A model generated the notes under the pieces. That model had not been told where the DNA came from. It ran no database searches and was given only the letters and a program-made list of their open reading frames with translations. This document shows positions 27,243-37,641 of a stretch of 64,000 bases of DNA, piece after piece. Source of the DNA: an uncultured Methanospirillum sp. (GTDB lineage: Archaea; Halobacteriota; Methanomicrobia; Methanomicrobiales; Methanospirillaceae); contig CAZWTX010000001.1 of the NCBI GenBank assembly GCA_964637135.1, positions 124,001 through 188,000 of the forward strand, in the 5' to 3' direction. Made by a program: the position numbers and the translations under genes. How positions within the stretch are numbered: position 1 is the first letter of the stretch; every line of letters starts with the position of its first letter.

Positions 27243-28289
27243 ATGCACACTGTAACCAGATATTTATTAACTCTGATGTTGCTTGCCCTCGTGGGTATTC
27301 CAGCCGGAGTCATTGCAGCAGAGACTCATACCATCACTGATATCACCGGAACCGATGTCGAACTTCCGGTCGATATCACCCGGGCAATAACTATTGATCC
27401 GTTTTCCAGCCAGTTCCTGTATGTTATCGGTGCCGACGACCAGCTGGTGGCTACCTGCATCGGTCCGGCAAACCGGGACCTGATAAATGTCACCCAGCCG
27501 GAACTCGGTGCTCTTCCCAATGCAGGATGCAAGACGAATGTGAATATCGAACAGATTCTTGCCTATGATCCTGAAGTGGTAATCACTGACCAGAAGTACA
27601 CCCAGACGAACGAGGATCTCCTGAATGCCAATATTCCGGTCGTTCAGTTGGATCTCGAATCGTTTGAGAACCTGAAGAAGAGCTACACGATCCTCGGCGA
27701 AGTATTTGGAAAAGAGAAGGAAGCCGGCGAGTTTGTCACGTACTTCGATGAAAAGATGACGATGGTATCAGACAACGCTGCGAACATCTCTGATACCGAT
27801 AAGAAGAATGTCTATTTCGGCCAGCGGGATCCCCTGCAGACCCTTGGTAATGATTGGTACGAAGCCGAAATGCTCACGACCGTCGGGGCAGAGAATGCGG
27901 CAGTCGATCTGCTTGGAGGAGATAACAAGGTCTCTATTGACCAGGTATACAACTGGAACCCGGATGCGGTTATCCTGCTGCCGTACTGCCCGGTGAGCGT
28001 TGACGAACTGATGGCAGACGATGCCTGGAAGGCATTACCCGCAGTCGAGGAGAAACAGGTCTTCAGGATGCCGAAGTACCTCATGAGCTGGGAACTTCCA
28101 GTACCGGAATCAGTCCTTGGAGCGATCTGGATGCAGGGGACGCTGTACCCGGATGCGGTATCCTACGATCTGAAGGATGAGATAATCTCGTTCTACAAGC
28201 AGTACTATGGTCTTGACCTCACATCAGCAGATGTTGATGCAATGCTTGCAGATGATACGCCGGTTATCCTGAACAAGCCGTCGGCATAA
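27243..28289 (+). CDS. Fe-siderophore/cobalamin-type ABC substrate-binding protein
   Basis: Signal peptide; TITDITG..V.LP, NIEQILAYDPEVV, WNPDAVI, LPAVEEKQV. Confidence 0.88.
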   Translation: MHTVTRYLLTLMLLALVGIPAGVIAAETHTITDITGTDVELPVDITRAITIDPFSSQFLYVIGADDQLVATCIGPANRDLINVTQPELGALPNAGCKTNVNIEQILAYDPEVVITDQKYTQTNEDLLNANIPVVQLDLESFENLKKSYTILGEVFGKEKEAGEFVTYFDEKMTMVSDNAANISDTDKKNVYFGQRDPLQTLGNDWYEAEMLTTVGAENAAVDLLGGDNKVSIDQVYNWNPDAVILLPYCPVSVDELMADDAWKALPAVEEKQVFRMPKYLMSWELPVPESVLGAIWMQGTLYPDAVSYDLKDEIISFYKQYYGLDLTSADVDAMLADDTPVILNKPSA

Positions 28290-28298
28290 GGATAGTCA

Positions 28299-30008
28299 AT
28301 GACCACCGAGATGGAATGCCAGGTCTGTGATCACCGGTGTTTCATCCCGGAAGGCCGAACCGGCAGATGCCGGATGAACACCATGGAGAGCGGGGTGATA
28401 AGGGAACGATTCCCTGATCACTACCTTGCCCTCTGGCCGGGAGCCATTGAAACCATTCCTTTTCTTCATTACCATCCCGGAGGGCGATATCTTCTCCTTT
28501 CGACGATCGGATGCAATCTCTCCTGTACGGGATGTGTATCACACATCCTTGCCAAACATCCTGATCTCGTATCAGATGCATTACAGAAGGTCTTACCCGG
28601 TGACGTGGTCAGAATGGTCAGGGAGCATTCCTGTCTCGGTGCGGTATTCTGCCTGAATGAACCAACCATCTCACTCAAAACCCTCTCCCGGGTGGCAGGA
28701 GCACTCCGGAATAAAGGATTACCCACCGGGTGTGCGACGAACGGATGTATGAGCCGGGAAACGGCAGAGATTCTGAGTGAAAAAATTGATTTCATCAATT
28801 TCGGGATGAAAGGATGTTCTGACGACGTGTATGCAGCCTGCGGGTCTCCCTGTCCGCCGGACAGTGTTTTTGAGAATATGCACCTCTTCCACGCAGCAGG
28901 GGTGCATCTTGAGGTCTCGGTGGTATACCGGCGTGGGTACGAGGAAGAGGTGACCGGAGTTGCAGGGCGGGTTCGTGATATCTCACCGGATATCCCGTTC
29001 CATATCATGCGATTTATTGCTTTTGAAGAGGCAGATGAGGATGAAGAACCATCGATACGGCAGGCTGAGGAGATGCATGCGAAATGTAGCAGCATCCTCC
29101 GATGGGTATATCTCTTCAACACGCCGGGAACGAAACACCTCTCATCATGGTGCCCTGAATGCGGCTCGCTCCTGATTGACAGGAGTTTTAACGGACCCAT
29201 GGGTGCGAAACTGACCGGGAACAGATCTCTGACGGTCTGCACCTGTGGAGCAGGCATTCCCGTATCCGGCAGGATTCAGGGGACGTATACCTGTGAACCC
29301 CGGTTCAGAGGAGGATACCGGACATCAATCGCGCTTGACCTTGTCGCCGGAACCCTCCGGCGTGCCGGGATTACTGACCATGAAACGGTCAGCAGGGCTC
29401 TTGTCCGGGTCCTTGAGGGTGATACCCTTGAAGATCTCCAGGTTTTTCTCTCATCACCGGACGGATACCTGCAATTTCTCTCTCTTCTCTCGGAATGGAC
29501 CGGTACGACGGCATGGGATCCCCTGATCTCCTTTCTTTCCAAAAGAATCAGGACCATACAAACCCTGACCGGCGGGAGAGAACACCCCCGGGTATACGTG
29601 GCATTATCTCACCCGTTTCTTGCGATGTATCCTGACAAGATGGAGTGTGCCATTATTCCCATTGCCGGGGGGAATCTCCTCAACACGACGCTTGAATATT
29701 CTGAAAAAAACCCTGCACCGCTCACGAGGGAAGCATTCCTTGCAATGAATCCTGATATCATCCTCGTTTCAGCCCCGGATGATGACGGAACGGAGAACTT
29801 TATCACCCATTGCCAGGAAGCAGATCTTATGATTCCGGCAGTGGCAACCGGTGCGGTTTACCAGTTTCCAAAGAAGTACCGTTCATCCGGGCCATCCTGG
29901 ATCCTTGCCCTCGAATGGGCAGCACGGATCTTCCACCCGGGACTTCCTCTCCCTGATCCAGAAGAAGATATCAGGATTATCCAATCGCTCCTGCCGGGAG
30001 CCGGGTGA
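28299..30008 (+). CDS. AmmeMemoRadiSam/PflA-like radical SAM protein fused to a C-terminal solute-binding-protein lobe
   Basis: CQVCDHRC...GRC, GCNLSCTGC, NEPT, CPECG; C-terminal MNPDIIL...IPAVATGAVY...GPSWILALEWAARIFHP. Confidence 0.8.
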   Translation: MTTEMECQVCDHRCFIPEGRTGRCRMNTMESGVIRERFPDHYLALWPGAIETIPFLHYHPGGRYLLLSTIGCNLSCTGCVSHILAKHPDLVSDALQKVLPGDVVRMVREHSCLGAVFCLNEPTISLKTLSRVAGALRNKGLPTGCATNGCMSRETAEILSEKIDFINFGMKGCSDDVYAACGSPCPPDSVFENMHLFHAAGVHLEVSVVYRRGYEEEVTGVAGRVRDISPDIPFHIMRFIAFEEADEDEEPSIRQAEEMHAKCSSILRWVYLFNTPGTKHLSSWCPECGSLLIDRSFNGPMGAKLTGNRSLTVCTCGAGIPVSGRIQGTYTCEPRFRGGYRTSIALDLVAGTLRRAGITDHETVSRALVRVLEGDTLEDLQVFLSSPDGYLQFLSLLSEWTGTTAWDPLISFLSKRIRTIQTLTGGREHPRVYVALSHPFLAMYPDKMECAIIPIAGGNLLNTTLEYSEKNPAPLTREAFLAMNPDIILVSAPDDDGTENFITHCQEADLMIPAVATGAVYQFPKKYRSSGPSWILALEWAARIFHPGLPLPDPEEDIRIIQSLLPGAG

Positions 30009-30023
30009 TGAAAAGAGAGAAAA

Positions 30024-30284
30024 TCAGGAGTTTTCGGGTGTTTCAGGTTCCTTTTTTACGAGTTCAGTCACCTGTACCTTTATTCTCTGTTTTAGTGGCT
30101 GGTTTGGTTTCCGTGTTCCATCCCAGGTATATCCCGTGACCATGCATCTGACTTTTTCCCCGGCGATATCACGTTCAATAATCGTGTCTTTTCCCTGGTG
30201 GTAATTCGTCTGGACATCTCTGACAATGGTATTCCACACCGCCGGAAAGACGGGAATCTCGTAGACTTCATTTACTTTAACCAT
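30024..30284 (-). CDS. Hypothetical protein
   Basis: 86-aa ORF preceded by AAGGTG; protein-like composition. Confidence 0.65.
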   Translation of the reverse strand: MVKVNEVYEIPVFPAVWNTIVRDVQTNYHQGKDTIIERDIAGEKVRCMVTGYTWDGTRKPNQPLKQRIKVQVTELVKKEPETPENS

Positions 30285-30525
30285 TTGTCAACACCTTTTT
30301 CCATACAATAGACGTTTCTTGATCCATATAATAGAACCGGTTTTCTTTCCGGGACCCGATTAGAGGCGTGAATGATCGGTACTCACCTGATACCGGCAAA
30401 CCATTCCGCCGTACTGACAGAGCGAATGGATATGCCATATGTCATCGCAATTGCAGGTATCGACCGCCCGGTTCTCCTTCGTATATCAACAGGTATGTAA
30501 TCCCGTAACTGAAATGTATTAATTC

Positions 30526-31380
30526 ATGATAGATGTAAACTCCATTGACTGGAATGCTGCCTGGAAAAAGCCGGGGGAAGAGGAAGAAGGCAGGCAGGGG
30601 TGTATGAGCTGCGGAAAACGATGGAGTGATCCTGACCGGTGCAGGAAATTCAGTGAATCAATGAAGGAGAATAATTACGCCGGATCACAATCCCGGATCA
30701 TGGGAATGGATATATCACGGGAAGCCCGGGTTCTTGATGTCGGGGCCGGTCCGGGAACCCTTGTCATTCCGCTTGCCCGCATTGCCCGGGAGGTTACCGC
30801 GGTTGAACCTTCCGGCGCTATGATCTCCTGTATGAAGGAAAATATCGCTGAAGCAAATCTCCATAACATCACGATTGTCGGAAAAAAATGGGAGGACGTT
30901 GATATCGAACGCGATCTCACCGCTCCCTACGATGTTGTCGTCGCGTCATACTCCCTTGGTTTTCCTGATCTCAGGGAGGGACTCCAAAAGATGCATGATT
31001 CCTCGCGTGATTATGTGTATATATTCTGGTTTGCCGATATGAATTCGCCATGGCAACGGAATTACGGTGAGATCTGGGAACAGTTGTATGGCTATCCCCG
31101 TCACCCGGGAACCAGACCGAATATCATCTATAACCTGCTCCACCAGATGGGGATCTATCCGAATGTCCAGGTTACCTGGGAGGATACGTCGATCCGGTTT
31201 AAAGACCTGGAAGAAGCCGTTACCGATCAGGGAGCCGGTCTGAACCTTTCCACCCCAGAACAGATTGCTGTCTTACGGGAATACCTCTCATCCAGGCTTG
31301 TCCATGAACAGGATGCCTGGTACCTGAAAGGGAGATCCCCACGGGCAAAGATCTGGTGGAGAAAGGAAGATGGTTCCTGA
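30526..31380 (+). CDS. Class I SAM-dependent methyltransferase
   Basis: VLDVGAGPG, AVEPS, YDVVVAS. Confidence 0.9.
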   Translation: MIDVNSIDWNAAWKKPGEEEEGRQGCMSCGKRWSDPDRCRKFSESMKENNYAGSQSRIMGMDISREARVLDVGAGPGTLVIPLARIAREVTAVEPSGAMISCMKENIAEANLHNITIVGKKWEDVDIERDLTAPYDVVVASYSLGFPDLREGLQKMHDSSRDYVYIFWFADMNSPWQRNYGEIWEQLYGYPRHPGTRPNIIYNLLHQMGIYPNVQVTWEDTSIRFKDLEEAVTDQGAGLNLSTPEQIAVLREYLSSRLVHEQDAWYLKGRSPRAKIWWRKEDGS

Positions 31381-31456
31381 ACGGGGTATACTGAAACCTC
31401 CCCCGAAGATATGAGGTTTTGATAAACTGATGAAACACCGTGGAAAAGATTAGATC

Positions 31457-32401
31457 ATGGACCCGGCAATAGTAACGCGAATACAAACGATTACCGGGTG
31501 TTCGGAGTATATCCCGCTTCAGGCCGGGTATTCATCGGATCAGAAATGGATCTTTTCCGGTGGTCATGGGAGACGCTATCTCGTCCGTATTTCCCCGGAT
31601 GGGGATGCTGTATCGGTTGCCGCGAGGGAGGAAGAGTTCAGGGTGATTGAACGGCTCCATGCCCTCTCACCCCTCGTACCCGCACCAATCGCTGTTTTCA
31701 GGGGTCCCGGCAATCGATCCAGTGTCATGATCCTCGAATATATCGAGGGTGCTGATGGAGAAGATATTCTGCCTCAAATGACCCCAGATCACGTATCCCG
31801 GGCAGGGTATCAGGCCGGACAGGAACTTTTCCGCCTGCATCTCCTCCCTGCCCCAAACGACCTGGTGAGCTGGTCTGATCGGAAACGGGAGAAGCATGCA
31901 CGGTATTGCTCGGCCTTCACCAAAGATCCCTGCAACCCGGGATACGATCTCCGGCCGGTACACGAATTCATCGGAAAAAACCTCCATCTCATGGATGCCG
32001 TGGAGGAAACCTTTCTCCACGATGATTTTCATCCCGCTAACCTGATCTTTTCAGAGGGATCCCTCACCGGCATTATCGATTTCGGGAGGTACGAGTGGGG
32101 AGATCCGATCCATGATTTCTGCAAGATGGCCTTCTTTACCCGTGAGGTGAGCACGGTATTCGCCTGCGGCCAGGTTGCAGGGTATTTTTCCGGGAAGGTT
32201 CCACCGGGATTCTGGCAGCGGTATGCACTCTATACGGCCATGAGTATGATATCAGACCTGGTATGGTCGGCCAGGTATGAACGGATATCCGGGAAGAAGG
32301 GAGAATTGCATAAAGCAATGATCAGGACACGGCAGGTTTATGAAGACCATGACGGATTTCAAAACGTCGTCCCCACATGGTATGAAGAAGGAACACCATG
32401 A
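31457..32401 (+). CDS. Aminoglycoside/choline phosphotransferase (APH)-family kinase
   Basis: GYSSD, HDDFHPANL (Brenner motif), IIDFG...GDP. Confidence 0.88.
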   Translation: MDPAIVTRIQTITGCSEYIPLQAGYSSDQKWIFSGGHGRRYLVRISPDGDAVSVAAREEEFRVIERLHALSPLVPAPIAVFRGPGNRSSVMILEYIEGADGEDILPQMTPDHVSRAGYQAGQELFRLHLLPAPNDLVSWSDRKREKHARYCSAFTKDPCNPGYDLRPVHEFIGKNLHLMDAVEETFLHDDFHPANLIFSEGSLTGIIDFGRYEWGDPIHDFCKMAFFTREVSTVFACGQVAGYFSGKVPPGFWQRYALYTAMSMISDLVWSARYERISGKKGELHKAMIRTRQVYEDHDGFQNVVPTWYEEGTP

Positions 32402-33258
32402 CTGGTAACCAGGATCCCGGGGCCCGGATACCCGGTGAAACCCCGCTTGAGCTCTGGGATGCGGCGGCAACCCGGTATGCAGCGGAAGAGGGAAAAACCC
32501 TGCACAATCCGATCATCCTCCCGATCATGAACCGGCTCATCGGGAATGTAACAGGTGCCGCGATTCTCGATGCCGGATGTGGCACCGGGTGGTTTTCAAC
32601 TGAACTTGCGGATCGGGGAGCACGGGTATCAGGGATTGACGGTTCAGCAGAGATGATCCGGATAGCCACCCGGAAAAACGCTCATCCCCGCGTGACATAC
32701 AAGATTCTCGATTGCACCGGGAACCTTCCATTCCCGGATAAATCGTTCGATATCGTGGTCTCGAACATGGTTCTGATGGATCTTGAAGATATTGATCTCT
32801 GCATCAGGGAATGGGCACGGGTTCTCCGGACCGGTGGCAGGGTCATCTTCTCCCTGACCCATCCGTGTTTCTTTACGGCAGAATGGGTGTATGGAGAAGA
32901 TGGAACACGGAAATACAAGGCAGTTTCTGCATATCTCCCGGAAAAAAGCGAGTGCCTTGAGTTCTGGGGAAAAACAATGCATTATCACCGTCCCCTCTCC
33001 CGGTACATCTCAGCCTTCGGTTCTGCCGGCCTCTGGATCCGTGCTCTGGAAGAACCGGTTCCCAGTGATTCGGGAGCCACAGATGATCCGGAATGGAACC
33101 CGCATTTCAGGATCCCGTCATTTATTGTCGGAGAGGCAGTCCGGTGCCGCTCGTCCGCGGGAGAATCCTCCCGGGATGATGCGTTGAAGAATCTCGTCAC
33201 CTATACAGAATGCACACATGCATTCGTTCAGCACGGTCACCCATCCGGTTCCAGGTAG
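32398..33258 (+). CDS. Class I SAM-dependent methyltransferase
   Basis: ILDAGCGTG, FDIVVS, RVLRTGG, HPCF, YHRPLS. Confidence 0.9.
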   Translation: MTGNQDPGARIPGETPLELWDAAATRYAAEEGKTLHNPIILPIMNRLIGNVTGAAILDAGCGTGWFSTELADRGARVSGIDGSAEMIRIATRKNAHPRVTYKILDCTGNLPFPDKSFDIVVSNMVLMDLEDIDLCIREWARVLRTGGRVIFSLTHPCFFTAEWVYGEDGTRKYKAVSAYLPEKSECLEFWGKTMHYHRPLSRYISAFGSAGLWIRALEEPVPSDSGATDDPEWNPHFRIPSFIVGEAVRCRSSAGESSRDDALKNLVTYTECTHAFVQHGHPSGSR

Positions 33259-33899
33259 ATGATCCGGGGGGGCAGATATCCGTATGTTTTGAAAACCTCT
33301 CCGGTATATCTGCAATCCTCTTCAAGATGGGGTTTAATCCGGGTAGCAACCGGCACGGATCCCTTCTCACTCAGCCGGATGATAACATCCGGGCAGGCAA
33401 AGGAATAGCCTGAAACATGAGCATGGGCAAGCCAGTGCAGGGAGGCCTGTTCATCAAGAGCCTCCCGGATCAGGGTAAATACCGTGGGGGGACACCTATC
33501 CTTCCCGATATCAAGGCTGTCAGCCAGGTGGAAGAGGGCTCCAAGAAGATCGGTCCGGTTGTTCTCTCCACTGGTACCGCTCTTCCCGTCGGCATACTCC
33601 CTGAACCTGATGATCTCTTCCAGAACCGGGTATTCGTCAGGAGTGAGCGGGAAAATTTCCGCATCAGCAAGGATACGGCAGGATAATTCCGGGTGAACGG
33701 CACGGGTATGAATCGTCTCGGGATGCAGGTACCCGAGATCATGAACCCATGCGGCAAGATACAGAAAGTACGCTTCCCGGGAACTGACCGGGATACGCCA
33801 TGACCGAAGGATGGAATTGATGTTTCTGACAATGGTCTGTGAGTGAACGATTCCGTGTGACTGGTAGACCGGAAGGCCCCGGGGAATAAATGGAAGCAT
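33237..33899 (-). CDS. HD-domain phosphohydrolase
   Basis: H...H (SHGIVHS), WVHDLG, H, LADSLD. Confidence 0.75.
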   Translation of the reverse strand: MLPFIPRGLPVYQSHGIVHSQTIVRNINSILRSWRIPVSSREAYFLYLAAWVHDLGYLHPETIHTRAVHPELSCRILADAEIFPLTPDEYPVLEEIIRFREYADGKSGTSGENNRTDLLGALFHLADSLDIGKDRCPPTVFTLIREALDEQASLHWLAHAHVSGYSFACPDVIIRLSEKGSVPVATRIKPHLEEDCRYTGEVFKTYGYLPPRIIYLEPDG

Positions 33900-34014
33900 C
33901 TCCGCTGCTCTCTCCCGGAGGGCAGCGAGCCGGGATGAACAGGTGTAATCTCCGGAGAGATAGGGGTAAAAATCAGAGAAATCTGAGATTCCTTCTGTAG
34001 TATGGTGCAGAATG

Positions 34015-34896
34015 TCACTCCGGCTTTCGGATCAGGATCTTCCGGGCTGACGTTCCAAAGAAATGAAACCCGGATCCTCCCTGCATGATCGCATCGAGCA
34101 GTTCATCCGGTTTCGTCACGATGTCTCCGCCGATAGCGGTGACCCCCCGTGAAAAAAAGGCGTCAGGCAACATACTCACGGTCGGTCCGCCAATGATAAC
34201 CGGAACTGACGGCGGGCATCCTGCCAGGATCCCTTCAAGGGTACTGGTCACAAGGGTGGAACCGGTGATGACAATCCCCCCTGCACCCTTGAGAACCTCC
34301 TTCTGCCGGTCAGGCGGGACATAATGGGACCGTTCATCGTCCCGAAGGGCATCAGGGTTCAGTTCGAAGATATAATACGGATTGCCCTGGCTTTTTATCC
34401 GGTGAACTGCCGGCCAGAGTGCCCCGATGACGACAACCGGCCGGTCGGGGGGTATAGAGCTGATGAGGGAGAAGGCATCCGTATCGTCTTCAATCCGGTA
34501 TCTCCGGTCTGGATGCAGATCCATGTACCAGGCAGAGAGGGCATTGATGAGACTGATGATCACCGCCCTGACCAGGGGACCGGGCGAGGTCACATGGGTC
34601 AGGACGTCGGTAACCGGCAGGCCGATCAGGTTTCCGTTATTCGGCATCGCACTGGCAGCCATGGAACAACAGACCGTCTCGGGGATGAGGTCGACCGGGG
34701 TGTAACAGATGCCGCCATACCCGTTACTCAGCTTGACCCCGGTAAAGAACACCCCGACAACGAGCCGTTCAATGGTGACAGAGTCCAGGAGATCACCGGC
34801 ACCGGAGGAGATGATCTCAATCGTCTCACGGAGAATGGTATCCGGCTCTTCAGGGATTCTCTCTGTACTCCTTGATTGAGGGTCCATATCGCTCAT
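34015..34896 (-). CDS. DUF364-family (putative heavy-metal chelation) protein
   Basis: VVGVFFTGVKL, INAL, VVVIGA, ITGSTLV, GPTVSMLPDAFF. Confidence 0.8.
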   Translation of the reverse strand: MSDMDPQSRSTERIPEEPDTILRETIEIISSGAGDLLDSVTIERLVVGVFFTGVKLSNGYGGICYTPVDLIPETVCCSMAASAMPNNGNLIGLPVTDVLTHVTSPGPLVRAVIISLINALSAWYMDLHPDRRYRIEDDTDAFSLISSIPPDRPVVVIGALWPAVHRIKSQGNPYYIFELNPDALRDDERSHYVPPDRQKEVLKGAGGIVITGSTLVTSTLEGILAGCPPSVPVIIGGPTVSMLPDAFFSRGVTAIGGDIVTKPDELLDAIMQGGSGFHFFGTSARKILIRKPE

Positions 34897-34920
34897 CCAC
34901 CATGTACCGGCACGGGAAGA

Positions 34921-35490
34921 TCAGGATTCTCCATGGTCTTTCTTGCGGGAATAGTATGATCCGTTCAGGCAGTTTTTACAGAGAACCCTGCCATCCCTGA
35001 TAATCTCTCTCCGGTCGAGGATCTGTTCCCCACACTGGCTGCAGACATCCTTATGGGTCGGGAACCCGGGAAGATCCTGCGGAGGGATGGTAATCTCCAC
35101 TGCTTCAATCGTGAAGATTTCTGACTCCGGAATGGTCATGAGCTGCCTCGATATCTCCTTGAAATCCTGCTCGCCGTTGTTCTTCTTCGGAAGGGCTGCC
35201 ACCCTGAAGGCTCTCCCGGTTGATGCGTCGGCGAATGTCGCGGCAAATTTTCCATAATCCAGAAATTTCAGTGTCCGATGCCCGAGGGTCACCCCGGTTA
35301 TCGCCTGGATCGCATCGGTGGCACACCGGTCGATCTCAACGTACACGATGAGATCCCGGTTATGAACGAGGGGGTCCATACCGAGTTCCCGCATGGCGGC
35401 GATGGTCATCCGGGTACCCATAACTATCCCCGGGCAGACTTCACCATGAAATGCCCGTGCTTTTTCGAGAAGTATACCAATATCGTCCAT
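34921..35490 (-). CDS. fmdE: FmdE-family protein with C-terminal zinc finger
   Basis: FHGEVCPGIVMG, EIDRCATDAIQ, CSQCGE...CKNC. Confidence 0.88.
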   Translation of the reverse strand: MDDIGILLEKARAFHGEVCPGIVMGTRMTIAAMRELGMDPLVHNRDLIVYVEIDRCATDAIQAITGVTLGHRTLKFLDYGKFAATFADASTGRAFRVAALPKKNNGEQDFKEISRQLMTIPESEIFTIEAVEITIPPQDLPGFPTHKDVCSQCGEQILDRREIIRDGRVLCKNCLNGSYYSRKKDHGES

Positions 35491-35885
35491 GTATGAATCC
35501 TGGCTCTCTTCCGCTCCTCACTGAAACCGACGGATCAGATGACCTGCCATGGGGGGAATCATCTACCGTGGTATTTCCGGATATCCTGCCGATATGTCCC
35601 GGTTTATCAGACGAGGTGACAGAAACAGCCCAGACCATCCGGTGAATCCCGTGAGGGTTTCCATCGCAGGGATGGCTGATATACCAGTATTGGCCCTGAT
35701 TTCTGATAAAGATGATTAATAAAAACTGTTAATTGGGTAGAGAAATAAATTGCATGAACAGGGAATTAATTTTAGTAAAAGTAAATGCCCTGAATGATAC
35801 TCTCGGAAAGAAGGATACCACCATGGCACAGGTAAAACCGCACCCCTCACCCGGCTCTGTTCATGCATACGGGGAGCTCACCCGG

Positions 35886-36758
35886 ATGGAGATGATATTC
35901 TCGGTTGATAATCTCTCCTTCAGCTGGGATGGGAAAAAACCGGTATTTACCGGAATATCCTTCACACTTCACCCCGGAGAAATATTCTGTATCCTTGGAC
36001 CGAACGGGACCGGCAAATCCACGCTTCTGCGATGTCTCATGAATCTCCTGGATATCACGTCCGGGGCCGTCAGGATGAACGGCGAAGATATCAGGGAGAT
36101 AGACCGGCGATCTCTTGCCGAAAAGATCGCATATGTCCCCCAGGGATACGAGATTGCCTTCCCGTACACCGTGCTCGAATACGTACTCATGGGACGGGCA
36201 CCGTACATTTCTCCCTTTTCTCATCCCTCTGATGCAGATCTCAGGATTGCCATGGATGCCATTGCCGCGGCCGGGGTCAGGCATCTCATCGATAAACCCA
36301 TCAACCAGGTAAGCGGAGGAGAACACCAGATGATCACCATTGCCCGGGCCCTTGCCCAGCAGCCGGACATTCTCCTCCTTGACGAACCGACATCACACCT
36401 CGATTTCGGAAACCAGATGCAGGTCATGGAACTGGTGGAACAGCTCTCGAAACAGGGGATCAGCATCATCATGACCTCGCATTTTCCGGATCATGCCTTC
36501 ATCACGTCTCACCAGGTAGCAATCCTTCGTAACGGAACCTTTGCCCGGGTGGGTCCGGCAGAGGAGGTTATCACCGGTGAAAGTCTGAAAGAGACCTACC
36601 AGACCGATATACGGGTTGAATATGTCAGGAAAGCCGGACGGAAAGTCTGCATCCCGGTCAAAGATATCCCTGACCGGTTTTGTCCCACAGTCTCTCCCGA
36701 TCTCTTCGAACCTGCGGGATATCCGGTAGCCAGGTGCGTGCAGGACGTCTACTGGTAA
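35886..36758 (+). CDS. Fe/cobalamin-type ABC ATP-binding protein
   Basis: GPNGTGKS, VSGGE, LLDEPTSHLD; start uncertain. Confidence 0.88.
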   Translation: MEMIFSVDNLSFSWDGKKPVFTGISFTLHPGEIFCILGPNGTGKSTLLRCLMNLLDITSGAVRMNGEDIREIDRRSLAEKIAYVPQGYEIAFPYTVLEYVLMGRAPYISPFSHPSDADLRIAMDAIAAAGVRHLIDKPINQVSGGEHQMITIARALAQQPDILLLDEPTSHLDFGNQMQVMELVEQLSKQGISIIMTSHFPDHAFITSHQVAILRNGTFARVGPAEEVITGESLKETYQTDIRVEYVRKAGRKVCIPVKDIPDRFCPTVSPDLFEPAGYPVARCVQDVYW

Positions 36759-36869
36759 ACCGCCCGGTCCCGGGATAACGGACAATCGTATTATTGTCTT
36801 TCCGGCACGATAGTATCAGGAGAATCTGGAGAAATCAGGGAATCATTCCCGTTCAGGCAAATCATCCGG

Positions 36870-37628
36870 ATGACTATCGCTATGACCGACTATATCACCT
36901 TCACCGGAGACGGAAAACCAGGTCGGACGGATTCCGGACCAGCCCTTTCAAAAGAACTTCCAATCGCCCTTTTCCTGAACGGACGTCACCTGATAACCCT
37001 CTCCGCAAGCCCGGATGATCCCGCCGGGCTCGTCACCGGGTACCTCTTCACCGAGCAGATTATTACGAAATCCGGGGATATCGAATCCATCAGGATAGAA
37101 CAGAACAGGGTCAGTGTCCTCACCACCAACCTCTTCAGCGGAACCCTCCCGAAAAAGACAATCCTGTCCGGGTGTGGCGGAAGCACGTCGTATATCAACC
37201 CACAGACACTCCCCCGCATCGAAGGAGATACGGTCTTTTCCCGGGACATGATTGCCGTTCAGGTACGGGAACTGATCGCCGGTGCTGCAAAAAACGCCGG
37301 AACCGGGCTGATACACGGCAGGCTCATCCCTGACTCAGGGGATGTCCTTGAGGCATCTGATATCGGGAAACACAACCTCGTTGACCGGCTGATCGGTGCT
37401 GCTCTTCGGGATAACCAATCGATGCCAGGGTCTGTTCTCGTGACAACCGGTGCGATATCAGGCGAGATCGTCAGGAAATGCCTGGTAGCGTCCATACCGG
37501 TGCTGGTATCGGTTGAAGGATCGACTGATCTTGCGGTTGATCTTGCTCAGAAAAACGGGCTGACCATCGGGGTGCATGCCTCGCCGGAGGGCATGTACCT
37601 CCTCTCCCATCACGGACGAATCCGGTAG
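36870..37628 (+). CDS. fdhD: Formate dehydrogenase accessory sulfurtransferase FdhD
   Basis: SP...LVTGYLFTE, SGCG, DIGKHNLVDRLIG, GAISGEIVRK. Confidence 0.85.
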   Translation: MTIAMTDYITFTGDGKPGRTDSGPALSKELPIALFLNGRHLITLSASPDDPAGLVTGYLFTEQIITKSGDIESIRIEQNRVSVLTTNLFSGTLPKKTILSGCGGSTSYINPQTLPRIEGDTVFSRDMIAVQVRELIAGAAKNAGTGLIHGRLIPDSGDVLEASDIGKHNLVDRLIGAALRDNQSMPGSVLVTTGAISGEIVRKCLVASIPVLVSVEGSTDLAVDLAQKNGLTIGVHASPEGMYLLSHHGRIR

Positions 37629-37641
37629 TCCGGGATTGGTA

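Noticed and set aside
31457..32401. Aminoglycoside resistance gene
   Set aside because: Only fold-level APH motifs; substrate cannot be inferred and there is no mobile context.
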